This document shows, piece after piece, positions 1 through 9,425 of a stretch of DNA of 32,000 nt (the first letter of the stretch is position 1; each line of letters begins with the position of its first letter). The DNA lies in NCBI RefSeq assembly GCF_029232205.1, contig NZ_CP107255.1, forward strand, positions 480,001 to 512,000, in the 5' to 3' direction. This DNA comes from Candidatus Saccharimonadota bacterium (lineage in GTDB: Archaea > Nanohalarchaeota > Nanosalinia > Nanosalinales > Nanosalinaceae). Below the pieces are notes generated by a model. The model saw only the letters and a list, made by a program, of their open reading frames with translations. It was not told where the DNA came from and did not search any database. The position numbers were made by a program, and so were the translations under genes.

Positions 1-1
1 C

Positions 2-721
2 GAAGAAGCCGGAATAAGATCGAAACTCGAGGTAAATAATGAAGACTTCAGGATAATCGGAATACTTGAACCAACAGGCGACCCATCTATCGACACGGCA
101 GTAATCATGCCAATTTCAGCAGCCAGAGAAACAATGGATAGGCCTGATGGATATGACTGGATATTTGCATCGGTAGAGGAAGGATCAAATGTAACAGAGA
201 CAAAGGCCGACGTGGAAGAAGCACTGAGAAACAGAAGAGGCCTTAGAGAAGGAAGAGAGGATTTTACAGTATCAACATCGGAAGATCTTCTCGAATCCTT
301 CAACAGCATACTTGGCGTGGTAACAGGAGTAGTAATCGGAATTGCATCAATATCTCTCTTCGTAGGAGCAGTCGGCATTATGAACACAATGTACACATCA
401 GTCACTCAGAGAACAAGAGAGATAGGAGTTATGAAAGCAATAGGAGCACAGAAAGAACAGATAATGTTTATATTCCTGCTTGAATCAGCAGCAATAGGAT
501 TTCTCGGAGGCCTAATGGGCCTACTATTCGGAGCAGGACTTTCAATGGCCGGCGCATTTGCAATCACTCAGGCCGCATCTCTCCAGATATCAGCATACCT
601 AGGCCCAGAACTACTGCTGGGATCGCTGCTCTTCTCAACCATACTAGGAATTCTGTCGGGAGTCCTGCCGGCAAGAAGAGCCGCAGGCCTAGAACCTGCA
701 GAGGCACTAAGATATGAGTAA
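2..721 (+). CDS. ABC transporter permease, FtsX/MacB family (C-terminal part; 5' end lies outside the window)
   Basis: The frame is open from nt 2, with no stop upstream of the listed Met at 107. Hydrophobic four-helix FtsX-type region containing QRTREIGVMKAIGA and the tail LPARRAAGLEPAEALRYE, both typical of MacB/LolCE-type permeases. Confidence 0.85.
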   Translation, partial: EEAGIRSKLEVNNEDFRIIGILEPTGDPSIDTAVIMPISAARETMDRPDGYDWIFASVEEGSNVTETKADVEEALRNRRGLREGREDFTVSTSEDLLESFNSILGVVTGVVIGIASISLFVGAVGIMNTMYTSVTQRTREIGVMKAIGAQKEQIMFIFLLESAAIGFLGGLMGLLFGAGLSMAGAFAITQAASLQISAYLGPELLLGSLLFSTILGILSGVLPARRAAGLEPAEALRYE

Positions 722-783
722 ACAGGGACAGATTAGCTTGAATTTAAAAGTCTAATAATCTGAATTCAGATAGGTAGAACAAT

Positions 784-1449
784 ATGCATCTAGGAGTTAT
801 ACCGGATGGAAACCGGAGATACGCAGAGAAAAACGGACTTGCCAAGGCAAAGGCCTACAGAAAGGCAAAGAACGTAATCAAAGAAGTAGGCCAGCAACTT
901 GAAGACAGAGAAATAGAAGAAGTCACGTTCTACCTTCTTTCCGAGGAAAACCTTGCCAGGCCTGATGAAGAACTACAGGATCTCTACCAGCTACTTGAAG
1001 ACAGTATAGCAGAGGTCGCAGAGGAATTTGGAGAAAGAGATTTTTCATTCAACTGGGCCTCCACCAATCCAGATGCGCTTCCAGAACACCTGCAGGAAAA
1101 ACTTTCAGACCTGGAAGAAGAGTTCAACGACGGAGAGAAACAGATAAATGCACTAATCTCCTACGACGGAAAAGCCGATGTAATGCAGGCCTCCAGCAAG
1201 ATATCAAAGGAATCAGGAGAATTCACCAGAGATGAGATGAGAGAACATCTTCAGATCAAATCTGACATTGATTTCGTTATCAGAACAGGAGACAATCCTG
1301 CGAGAGAATGTCTGTCAGGATTCCCGATCTGGAACGCCAGCTACGCAGAATTCTACCATATCAAGAAGAACTTCCCATCCGTCACACTTGAAGATGTGGA
1401 AGAAGCACTTGACCACTATCAGAAACTTAGAAGAAAGAAAGGCCGCTAA
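784..1449 (+). CDS. uppS: Cis-prenyltransferase (undecaprenyl/dolichyl-type diphosphate synthase, UppS family)
   Basis: N-terminal IPDGNRRYA (compare the canonical DGNRRWA motif). C-terminal IRTG..LSGFPIWNASYAEFYH (compare IRTSGE.RLSNFLLWQ.AYAE). 221 aa, the right size for the family. Confidence 0.85.
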   Translation: MHLGVIPDGNRRYAEKNGLAKAKAYRKAKNVIKEVGQQLEDREIEEVTFYLLSEENLARPDEELQDLYQLLEDSIAEVAEEFGERDFSFNWASTNPDALPEHLQEKLSDLEEEFNDGEKQINALISYDGKADVMQASSKISKESGEFTRDEMREHLQIKSDIDFVIRTGDNPARECLSGFPIWNASYAEFYHIKKNFPSVTLEDVEEALDHYQKLRRKKGR

Positions 1450-1458
1450 AATAACATT

Positions 1459-1566
1459 ATGGTTGACAGATCATGCTGGAACTGCGGCACCACAATGACA
1501 AAATACGTAGCATGCGAACTTAAATGCATGAACTGTGGCCTAATAAGAGACTGCAGCGACCCTTAA
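1459..1566 (+). CDS. Small zinc-ribbon protein (35 aa), below the ORF-track cutoff
   Basis: ATG at 1459, 9 nt after the uppS stop; TAA at 1564-1566. Translation MVDRSCWNCGTTMTKYVACELKCMNCGLIRDCSDP = CxxC-x13-CxxC plus two extra Cys. No other support. Confidence 0.35.
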   Translation: MVDRSCWNCGTTMTKYVACELKCMNCGLIRDCSDP

Positions 1567-1811
1567 AAAACAAATACTTCTCTATTTACTCCTCAATAAC
1601 TCTCTGCTTTGCACATCTATTACAGAGACCTAACATAGTTTTTCTACTGCAACCTTCAGCACAGCACTCGTTAAACACCAGAAAAAGATTTACACAAGAA
1701 TATTTAACCTAATCGAACACGAAAAACCGTTGTTATCCTTCGGGAGTTAATCAAAGGCCTCTTATCTGAATAATTAGAGACTTAAAAACTGAAGACAAGT
1801 TTATTCATAAA

Positions 1812-2915
1812 ATGGCCATTTCAAAGATAGAAATCGCTTTCACCTCCGCAATAATTCTCGCGGCATCTCTTGCATTTCTGGGACTAACACAGAAACCCAA
1901 GTTCGGAGTAGCCGACAGAGGAGACTGGAAAACAGCAAACCAGCAAAACGTAACCGTACAGACAGAGGCCTGGATCCAGAACCCGAGCAGAGTAACAGTA
2001 AACTACTCCGACGTATCAATCTCATACAGAGCAATCCTCAACGGAGTAATACTTGTAGAAGGAAAAAGAAAAGGAATATCAATCAAAAAAGGAAACCAGA
2101 CCAAAACAATAGAATCCAAACTAATACACAGCAGGATACCGGAATGGTGGGCCAGACACATAAGAAACGGAGAAAAATCCGACCTGCAAATCCCACTCAG
2201 CGTAAAAGCCAAGACAGGCCCAGCAACAATACCCTTCCACGCAATAGTCTACACAGACACTGTAGAAACTGACCTCATCAGCGTAATGGATCAAGCAGTC
2301 AAAAACACTCAAGGAAAATACAACATAGGTACAGAAATCGCAGGATACGAAACAGGCCCACAGATAGAAGTAGAAGATGGTGCCGCGGAATGGGGCCAGA
2401 CCACGCCAGAAATGACAAACATGCTTATCGACCTCGAAATCAGAAATCCGAACAGCTATCCGATCCCGGTACCAGGCCTCGCAGGAGATGTACAGATGAA
2501 CCAGGTCAAACTCTTGGAGTGGGAGAATAGCAGGACCGAAATGATATCGGGCCCGCAGGATAGAACGATAGCACCGGGAGAAACAGAGGAACTAACTTTC
2601 AGAGTAACAATGGATAACGACAAGATAGATGACTGGTTCTTATCACACGTCAAACAAAATGAATCTACACAGGCCCAACTAAACATGAGAATGGTGTTCG
2701 AAATACAGGATCAAAGAATCGAACTACCTCCGGAAGGAATAAACTGCGACTTCAGCTTCCAGACAGCAATCCTGGAGGACCAGAACTCCTCCTCAAACTT
2801 CCAGGGCTGCAGCAACCCTACACTAACACAGGAAGAAACACAGAATCAGACAGATGAAGAAGCAGAAGAAAACCAGAGCATAGTAAATGAGACAGTAGGA
2901 GGCGTACTAGGATGA
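1812..2915 (+). CDS. N-terminally membrane-anchored protein with two LEA_2 / WHy-like (LEA14-type) beta-sandwich repeats and an acidic N/Q-rich tail
   Basis: N-terminal TM helix (IAFTSAIILAASLAFLGL). Two repeats carry the LEA_2-like signature: IQNPSRVTVNYSDVSISYRAILNG and IRNPNSYPIPVPGLAGDVQMNQVKL. Many N-x-S/T sequons. The stop overlaps the next gene's start (ATGA at 2912-2915). Confidence 0.6.
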   Translation: MAISKIEIAFTSAIILAASLAFLGLTQKPKFGVADRGDWKTANQQNVTVQTEAWIQNPSRVTVNYSDVSISYRAILNGVILVEGKRKGISIKKGNQTKTIESKLIHSRIPEWWARHIRNGEKSDLQIPLSVKAKTGPATIPFHAIVYTDTVETDLISVMDQAVKNTQGKYNIGTEIAGYETGPQIEVEDGAAEWGQTTPEMTNMLIDLEIRNPNSYPIPVPGLAGDVQMNQVKLLEWENSRTEMISGPQDRTIAPGETEELTFRVTMDNDKIDDWFLSHVKQNESTQAQLNMRMVFEIQDQRIELPPEGINCDFSFQTAILEDQNSSSNFQGCSNPTLTQEETQNQTDEEAEENQSIVNETVGGVLG

Positions 2916-5476
2916 ACGCAAGAAAAAGAAAGGAACCAGACCAAATCTACAAAGAAGTCAAAGACTACGATCTAGTTCTAACAGTAGACGCACCGCTCGC
3001 AGACGCTCTCAACGCAAGACTGGACAAAGCAATAATAGGAGAATTCGCAGAAACACCAAGAAGATACGCATTCAACTCAGAAGCCGAAGAAATAGACTTC
3101 AAAAGAGAAATATTCCTGGAAATAATCGAAAAAACAGACCTATCATGGAAACAGGCCTCCTACATGCTGGAAACAGTACTTGACTCCTGGAAAAACACAG
3201 GAAACCTTTACAGCATACTGGAAGACGAACAGTTCGCAGGAGAGGCCGCCGAACAAATAGTCAAAATACTGGAAAGCACAAACAATCCTTTCCGAGCACT
3301 CGAAAACGCACAGATACCTGAAAACAAAGATGTAGTCGTAGTAGCTCCATACCAGTTCAACAAACTAGACAAGAAAATTCTACCCGAAGAATACGACACA
3401 GTAGAAATATTTACAGAAAGAGAGTACGAGCTACCGGAATTCAATATCTTCTCATCAGCCAGTGGAGTAATAGAGGCCCTGAAAAGAAACATCGATGAGA
3501 ATAACGCTGACAACATAGCGCTAGTCGTCGACTCAAATACTAGATACCAGTCGCTGATCGAATCAGCATTCAAATCAAACGAAATACCGTACAACACAAC
3601 AGTAAATCTTTCAGAGAAAGAAGACGTCAGAACTTTCGTATCACTGGCCCGCCTTGCACTGGCAAAAGACAGAATAAGACTCAGAGACGTAGAACCAGTT
3701 GCCCAACACCTAGGATTCCACTCCTCAAACAGAAAAGCCAACGTCAAATTCACAGAAGTAGACGACGAAAGACTCAGCGACTTCACAGACTTCCTCAACG
3801 TAATATCATACCTAAACTTCAAAGAATTCCTCGACGGATACGAAGAACTCCTAGGCTACAGGCCACCAATGATAGGAGAAGTACTCGCAGACCTAGGCCT
3901 ATCAGACGAACCAGTAAACGAGGACACAATCTCACAACTAGAATACTACCTGGACTCATTCGACCCATCGCACGAAACACGAGAAAAAGGAGTACTACTC
4001 GCATCCCCAGAATCTACAGTATACATCGACAGGCCCGTAGTATTCTACATAGGAATGTCCTCAGAATGGACAAAAGAAGTAGACCAGAGACCATGGATAG
4101 AAAGAGAAGAAGTCGAAGATAGAAACCTCCAGAACTTCGAGGCCATGATCCAGAACGGAAAACAAAAGTTCTACATGGTCCAGGACCGAGAAATGAACGA
4201 AGAAATCTCCCCATGCTTCTACTTCACAGAACTTTACGGCCTAGAAAGCTTCCAGGACCACAAAAACTCACGATACTCGCTACCAATGCAGTCAGAAGTA
4301 GAAGGATTCGAAAGAAAACCTCTCGACATAAAGAATGAAAAAGTAGAAATGCTGAGCCAGACATCTCTCAACAGATTTGTGCAGAGCCCGAAGGCCTACT
4401 ACTTCTCAAGACTGGTTAAAGACAGCGAAAAAGACGTAATGGTTAAAGGAAACCTATTCCACGAATTCGCAGAATTCTACGTAAACTTCCCGGAATTTGT
4501 AGAGGAAAAAGGCGACGAAAACTTTATAGAAATAATGAAGAAAGAAATCGAGCCCTACGTAGATGGAATGGACCTCGACTCTCTTGAAACAGAATTCAGA
4601 ATAGGAATAAACAATATTAAGGCCTTTATAGACTCAAGAAGCAGTCCGGATGAGATAGAGCTAGATCCTGAGGAGGGTAGAGACGAAAACGTGTTTGCAG
4701 AGGCCTTCGGAAAAGAAATGGAAAAGCACTTCGCAGAACTCGAATTCAGCAATAAAGACCTGCACTCAAAAGGAAAGATCGACCTTGTGCTTGGCAACGA
4801 GCTTGTAGACTACAAAAGCAGTTCAAGAAGCCGCAGCAAGAAAAAAATTGTAAGAGATGCTAACGTAGAACTTTATGGAGACAACCCAGACTTCCAGCCT
4901 TTAATGTATCTCTGCGAGCTCAGGGACAAGAAACCAGGCAAGAAACTCAAGTTCACATACTTCTACTTCCTCAGCGACATGGCCTCCGACATAAACTCTG
5001 AAGGCAGCAATGAGGACAAGACAGTATCGGTAACATACTACCCAGAGACCTTCGACCAGAAAATACAGGAACTAGAAGTGTTTGAAAAAATGATAAGGGG
5101 AGTGGCTAAGTCCAACGACAGGAGAAAAACTCTGGAGAAATTAGGCCATCCAAACTTCCAGGAATTCTTTGAGAAAAACAAGATACCGCATCCATACAAC
5201 AAGGCCAAACTTATAGAATCAGAATTTGGAAGAGAGTTTATTAGATACGCCAAAGAGCATGTTGGAGACTACAAGTATGTGGAAAACGGTGCTGAAAAGA
5301 CACTGAGCAAATTAGTGGAATTTAGGCTGACAAACTTCTTCAAGGAAGATCTGGACAGGTTCGAGGACTTCCTGGAGGATGAAGTGGAAAAACTCAATGA
5401 ATACAAAAAGACAGAATTCCCTGTAGGCGGGAACGACCTCAAGAGAAATCCTTACCGGGACATGATCATGGAGTAG
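2912..5476 (+). CDS. AddB-like subunit: large P-loop-less protein with a C-terminal RecB-family PD-(D/E)XK nuclease motif
   Basis: No Walker A motif seen. C-terminal GKIDLVLGNELVDYK (D624, E630, D633, K635; nt 4781-4816) followed by QPLMY (QxxxY, nt 4895-4909), the RecB/AddB nuclease signature. Sits immediately upstream of the UvrD helicase-nuclease. 854 aa. Confidence 0.7.
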   Translation: MNARKRKEPDQIYKEVKDYDLVLTVDAPLADALNARLDKAIIGEFAETPRRYAFNSEAEEIDFKREIFLEIIEKTDLSWKQASYMLETVLDSWKNTGNLYSILEDEQFAGEAAEQIVKILESTNNPFRALENAQIPENKDVVVVAPYQFNKLDKKILPEEYDTVEIFTEREYELPEFNIFSSASGVIEALKRNIDENNADNIALVVDSNTRYQSLIESAFKSNEIPYNTTVNLSEKEDVRTFVSLARLALAKDRIRLRDVEPVAQHLGFHSSNRKANVKFTEVDDERLSDFTDFLNVISYLNFKEFLDGYEELLGYRPPMIGEVLADLGLSDEPVNEDTISQLEYYLDSFDPSHETREKGVLLASPESTVYIDRPVVFYIGMSSEWTKEVDQRPWIEREEVEDRNLQNFEAMIQNGKQKFYMVQDREMNEEISPCFYFTELYGLESFQDHKNSRYSLPMQSEVEGFERKPLDIKNEKVEMLSQTSLNRFVQSPKAYYFSRLVKDSEKDVMVKGNLFHEFAEFYVNFPEFVEEKGDENFIEIMKKEIEPYVDGMDLDSLETEFRIGINNIKAFIDSRSSPDEIELDPEEGRDENVFAEAFGKEMEKHFAELEFSNKDLHSKGKIDLVLGNELVDYKSSSRSRSKKKIVRDANVELYGDNPDFQPLMYLCELRDKKPGKKLKFTYFYFLSDMASDINSEGSNEDKTVSVTYYPETFDQKIQELEVFEKMIRGVAKSNDRRKTLEKLGHPNFQEFFEKNKIPHPYNKAKLIESEFGREFIRYAKEHVGDYKYVENGAEKTLSKLVEFRLTNFFKEDLDRFEDFLEDEVEKLNEYKKTEFPVGGNDLKRNPYRDMIME

Positions 5477-5485
5477 AGAAAAAAA

Positions 5486-8227
5486 ATGACTGATCCAAAC
5501 AAGCAACAGAAAGAACTGATAGAAAACACTGATGGAATCTACCTGGTGGACGCAGGAGCAGGAACAGGAAAAACATTCACAATCACAAGAAGATACGCCA
5601 AAATACTCGAAAAAGGAGTAAGCCCAGACGACATACTACTGGCAACCTTCACAAACAACGCAGCCGACCAGATGAAGGAAAGAATAATAGAAAGAACAGA
5701 CGTCAAGGCCTCAAAAATATACGACGCGCCAATCTCCACATTCCACAGCTTCGCTAAAAGAATAATCAGAAACCACGGATTCGACACACCAAGAATTCTG
5801 GGGATGGACGAAGACATCACACAAAGCCTCAACCTCATGGAGAGCGAAGTCAGGGAAAAACAGGAATTCAACAGCTTCATGAACCTCTTCATCGAACAAA
5901 ACCCGGAGTACAGCGAATACTACCAGATACTGGGCGACTACTCCCAACTACTGGCCCTCCTCAAAAATCTGGCGGCCAAAGGAATAGTCCCGGAAAAAGA
6001 AGGATGGTTCGGAGACTCCGAAAAATACATCGACGGAGACTACAGCGAATTCAAGAAAATATTCAAGGAAATGAACAAGCCGAAAGAAACCTCCAACGGC
6101 AAAAAACAATCAGAACTACGAAGCCGACTATACAGCCTGAAATACAAAGACTTCGACGAAGACGCACCATCCGAAGAAGAAGTAAGAGGAGGATACGGCA
6201 CAAAACAGGTAAGAAGAGACTTCTGCCAGAAGGCCTTCGATGAAGAAAGAGACCAGCTCAAAGAATTCGTGCACGAAGTATACTTCTTATACATCAAATA
6301 CTGCCTGAGCAAAAACTACCTGAACTTCAACTTTCTCCTCGCATTCGCATACGTACTTCTAAACCAGGACGAAGGCCTCAGAGAAAAACTGTCTTTCAAA
6401 TACCTGATGATAGACGAATTCCAGGACACAAATGAAATACAGTTCAAGCTTACGCTCCTGCTCGCTGAAGAACCAAACATCTGTGCAGTAGGGGACTGGA
6501 AACAGTCAATCTACAGCTTCCAGTACGCAAACGTGGAAAACATCCAGAGATTCGAAAGAAGACTGGAAAAATACCGGAAAGAACTCAACAACGACCAGGA
6601 AAGAGTAGAATTCCATATCGAAGATGTAGACGAAATCAGGCTGAAGAAAAACTACAGATCAACACAGGAAATACTAGACCTATCGGAAGAGGCCCTATGC
6701 CTTCCAGCAACACGCTACGAAAACCTACCAGAAGAAGAAATCAAATCCAAAATCACATCACTGGAATCACAGAAAGAAACAGAAAATGGAAAAGTAGAGA
6801 AACTGCTGACCGAAAACGAAGTAGAAAACGTACTGGCCAAAATACAGGAAGTAGAACAACAGGAGGACAGAGACTTCGGCGACATCGCAGTACTAACCAG
6901 AACAAGAAACTTCGGCCTCGAACTCCAGAAAAAGGCCCAGGAAAAAGGAGTACCGGTAGCCTACGAAGGAGGAGTCGAACTATTCAAAACAAATCCAGCA
7001 ATCCTACTACTCGCATGGATGAGAATCGCAAACTCCAGCTCAGACAGAGGATGGGCAGTAATACTGGAAAATGCAGGATACACGCTCGATGAGGCCAAAG
7101 AAATAATCAACAACAACGAATACCCAGAAGATATGGGGGAATTCAAGGAAGAACTGGATTCAATCTCCGATATAGGCCAGTTCTCGGAAAAAGTATTCAG
7201 AAGATACGGAATAAGCAACGGATTCACTGAAAGAATAACAGAAGTGCTTTCAGATGTATTTCACAGCTCCTACATGAACCTGGGCCGACTAATCCAGTTC
7301 GTAGAGGATAATATAGAGGATGGAGAAATCTATGAAATCGACAACTCGATGCAGGAAAACGTCGTAAAAATACAGACAATACACGCAGCCAAAGGCCTCG
7401 AATACCCGGTAGTATTCATCTCCGACATCAACCAGAGCAGATTCCCATCAACCAACGGAAACTACATGCCAATAGAATACAGAGACATAATAGGCCTCAG
7501 AACCCGTAAAAAATACAGCGAAGAAAAAGGATTCTCATTCGACAACTGGAAATCAGAGATCCTCTTCCAGGCCCTATCCAAAGGATACGACGAAGAAAGA
7601 AGGCTGATGTACGTAGCTATCACGCGTGCAGAAGAAGAACTGTATATAACAGCAGAACAGGAAAGAAAGTCAACTTTCTTCGAGGAACTTCCTCTCAATG
7701 ATGTATTCTACTCAGAGCAACCAGAGGAAAACGAGGAGGAAGAGGAGGAAACAGAGTTCTTCAATCCAGAGATAGAGGAGTACGAAAGCCCTGAGACCTT
7801 CAATGCCACAGATCAAACCAACCTTGAGAGAGGAGAAGGCCGTGAAAAAGGCCTGAGTCTTCACGAGTACGCACAGATGAAGGTAGAGCAGGAGGCAGAT
7901 GGAGAGACAGACTACGAGAAAAATATAGAGAACTTTATCGATGGCCTTCACGGTGATAGAAAGGCTGAGGTTGAAGTAAAACTTCCTCTTGACGGCAGAG
8001 TAATCGAGGGCCGAGTAGATCTGATGATTGAAAAAGATGACAAGATAGAGGTCTATGATCTAAAGATGGGCGATAAAAACACTGAGGAATACAGGAAGCA
8101 GCTCAGTATTTATGCCTTTGCAATTGAGGAGGCCACAGGAAAACCGGTAGATGCATATATTTACTGTGTGTCCGAGGACGAAGTCAAGCCAATAAATGTT
8201 CTGGCAAGATCCGGAGTATTCGGATAG
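5486..8227 (+). CDS. AddA-like SF1 UvrD/Rep-family helicase with a C-terminal RecB-family nuclease domain
   Basis: Helicase motifs: Walker A DAGAGTGKTF (nt 5552-5575), motif II MIDEFQDTN (6413-6427), KNYRSTQEILD, IQTIHAAKGLEYPVVFI, RLMYVAITRAEEELY. C-terminal nuclease motif VDLMI..IEVYDLK (D845, E855, D858, K860) plus QLSIY (nt 8018-8113). Confidence 0.9.
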   Translation: MTDPNKQQKELIENTDGIYLVDAGAGTGKTFTITRRYAKILEKGVSPDDILLATFTNNAADQMKERIIERTDVKASKIYDAPISTFHSFAKRIIRNHGFDTPRILGMDEDITQSLNLMESEVREKQEFNSFMNLFIEQNPEYSEYYQILGDYSQLLALLKNLAAKGIVPEKEGWFGDSEKYIDGDYSEFKKIFKEMNKPKETSNGKKQSELRSRLYSLKYKDFDEDAPSEEEVRGGYGTKQVRRDFCQKAFDEERDQLKEFVHEVYFLYIKYCLSKNYLNFNFLLAFAYVLLNQDEGLREKLSFKYLMIDEFQDTNEIQFKLTLLLAEEPNICAVGDWKQSIYSFQYANVENIQRFERRLEKYRKELNNDQERVEFHIEDVDEIRLKKNYRSTQEILDLSEEALCLPATRYENLPEEEIKSKITSLESQKETENGKVEKLLTENEVENVLAKIQEVEQQEDRDFGDIAVLTRTRNFGLELQKKAQEKGVPVAYEGGVELFKTNPAILLLAWMRIANSSSDRGWAVILENAGYTLDEAKEIINNNEYPEDMGEFKEELDSISDIGQFSEKVFRRYGISNGFTERITEVLSDVFHSSYMNLGRLIQFVEDNIEDGEIYEIDNSMQENVVKIQTIHAAKGLEYPVVFISDINQSRFPSTNGNYMPIEYRDIIGLRTRKKYSEEKGFSFDNWKSEILFQALSKGYDEERRLMYVAITRAEEELYITAEQERKSTFFEELPLNDVFYSEQPEENEEEEEETEFFNPEIEEYESPETFNATDQTNLERGEGREKGLSLHEYAQMKVEQEADGETDYEKNIENFIDGLHGDRKAEVEVKLPLDGRVIEGRVDLMIEKDDKIEVYDLKMGDKNTEEYRKQLSIYAFAIEEATGKPVDAYIYCVSEDEVKPINVLARSGVFG

Positions 8228-8342
8228 TTTTGCAAAAGGTTTATAAAACTAAGTGATCCTTCCATTAATTGTTGTCTATATTCTTAGATATATAGGCCAT
8301 TGACCGAAAACCATATAACACTTGTAACACATAGGTGATAAC

Positions 8343-8528
8343 ATGACTGACGAAGTAGAATGTCCTTACTGTGGCCAGGTATTTACTGGCGATGAAGATC
8401 AGGACGCAAGAACCAAGGAAGGAGTCCACAGAGCGGAGGAGCACGTTAACGACAACAGTTCCGATACCAAGAAAAGTAAAGGAACAAACATTGTTAACAA
8501 GTGGAAATCCGACGCTAAAAGGGCGTAA
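8343..8528 (+). CDS. Small C2H2-like zinc-finger protein (61 aa), function unknown
   Basis: CPYCG (C7, C10) followed by H29 and H34 (VHRAEEH). Acidic then basic tail. AT-rich TATA-like sequence (tagatatatagg, about 8286-8297) upstream. Confidence 0.55.
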   Translation: MTDEVECPYCGQVFTGDEDQDARTKEGVHRAEEHVNDNSSDTKKSKGTNIVNKWKSDAKRA

Positions 8529-8610
8529 AATATAACTTCCCTACCACATTTTATTTTTCCTTAATTTCTCTATAACAACCTTTTTCATGGTTAAAGGCCT
8601 CTAATAGTAC

Positions 8611-9405
8611 ATGACAAAGATACCAGACCTAGGTCTTGGAACATGGCAAAACACAAATTCTGAAGAATGCACAGATGCAGTAAAAACAGCCCTGAACATG
8701 GGATACAAACACATCGATACTGCACAGGCCTACGACAACGAAGAACACGTAGGAAAAGGCCTTGAAGAAGCAGACGTCGACAGAGATGACTACTTCCTCG
8801 CATCCAAGGTGTGGATCAGCAATCTCTCCAGAGAAGACGTAGTAACAACCACAGAGGAAAGTCTGGAAAAACTGGGTGTCGATAGCGTGGATCTAATGTA
8901 TATTCACTGGCCTTCAGGACAGTACGACCCAGAAACTACTTTCGAAGGATTCCAGCAACTTGTTGAAGAAGACAAAATCAAGAACATAGGAATCAGCAAC
9001 TTCACACCTGCACAGGTCGACGAAGCAATGGAAATAGCAGGAGAACACATCATAGCAAACCAGGTTGAAATGCATCCTCTGCTTCAGCAGGAAGAACTTC
9101 TTGAAAAATGCAGAGAACACGACATAACACTGGTAGCATACTCTCCGCTCGCCAGAGGAAAAGTATTCGACATCCCAGAACTGCAGGAAATCGCTGAAAA
9201 ACACGACGCAAGCGAGGCCCAGGTCAGCCTGGCATGGCTCATGCAGAAAGACGGAGTAGTTGCAATACCGAAAGCAACTTCCGAACAACACATTCGTGAC
9301 AACTTCGAGGCCCAAGAACTTGAACTTGAGGAAGAAGACATCGAGAAAATCGAGTCAATTGACAGAGAAGAAAGACTTGTAGACCCAGGATTCGCACCCT
9401 GGTAA
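8611..9405 (+). CDS. Aldo-keto reductase (2,5-diketo-D-gluconate reductase-like AKR)
   Basis: LGLGTWQ, GYKHIDTAQAYDNEEHVG, DLMYIHWP, IGISNF, NQVEMHP and AYSPLARG are classical AKR blocks, including the catalytic D/Y/K/H context. Confidence 0.9.
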   Translation: MTKIPDLGLGTWQNTNSEECTDAVKTALNMGYKHIDTAQAYDNEEHVGKGLEEADVDRDDYFLASKVWISNLSREDVVTTTEESLEKLGVDSVDLMYIHWPSGQYDPETTFEGFQQLVEEDKIKNIGISNFTPAQVDEAMEIAGEHIIANQVEMHPLLQQEELLEKCREHDITLVAYSPLARGKVFDIPELQEIAEKHDASEAQVSLAWLMQKDGVVAIPKATSEQHIRDNFEAQELELEEEDIEKIESIDREERLVDPGFAPW

Positions 9406-9410
9406 CTCCA

Positions 9411-9425
9411 TTTTTTCCCCTTTTT
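9411..9425 (+). terminator. Oligo-T terminator candidate after the aldo-keto reductase
   Basis: TTTTTT CCCC TTTTT starts 6 nt after the TAA at 9403-9405. Archaeal termination typically uses T-tracts. Confidence 0.4.

Noticed and set aside
1524-1712. 62-aa plus-strand ORF downstream of uppS
   Set aside because: It is basic, low-complexity and extends through the AT-rich gap. The overlapping 35-aa zinc-ribbon frame is at least motif-supported. Neither is strongly supported.
3208-3822. 204-aa minus-strand ORF (and similar ORFs at 3819-4004, 4014-4214, 4555-4797, 5038-5253, 5539-5892, 6040-6312, 6961-7227, 7462-7698, 7712-7951) inside the AddAB-like genes
   Set aside because: They are fully nested antisense to ORFs with strong motif support. 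Their translations are Ser/Leu/Phe-rich, low-complexity and non-acidic, unlike the rest of the proteome. These are typical shadow ORFs of A/G-rich coding strands.
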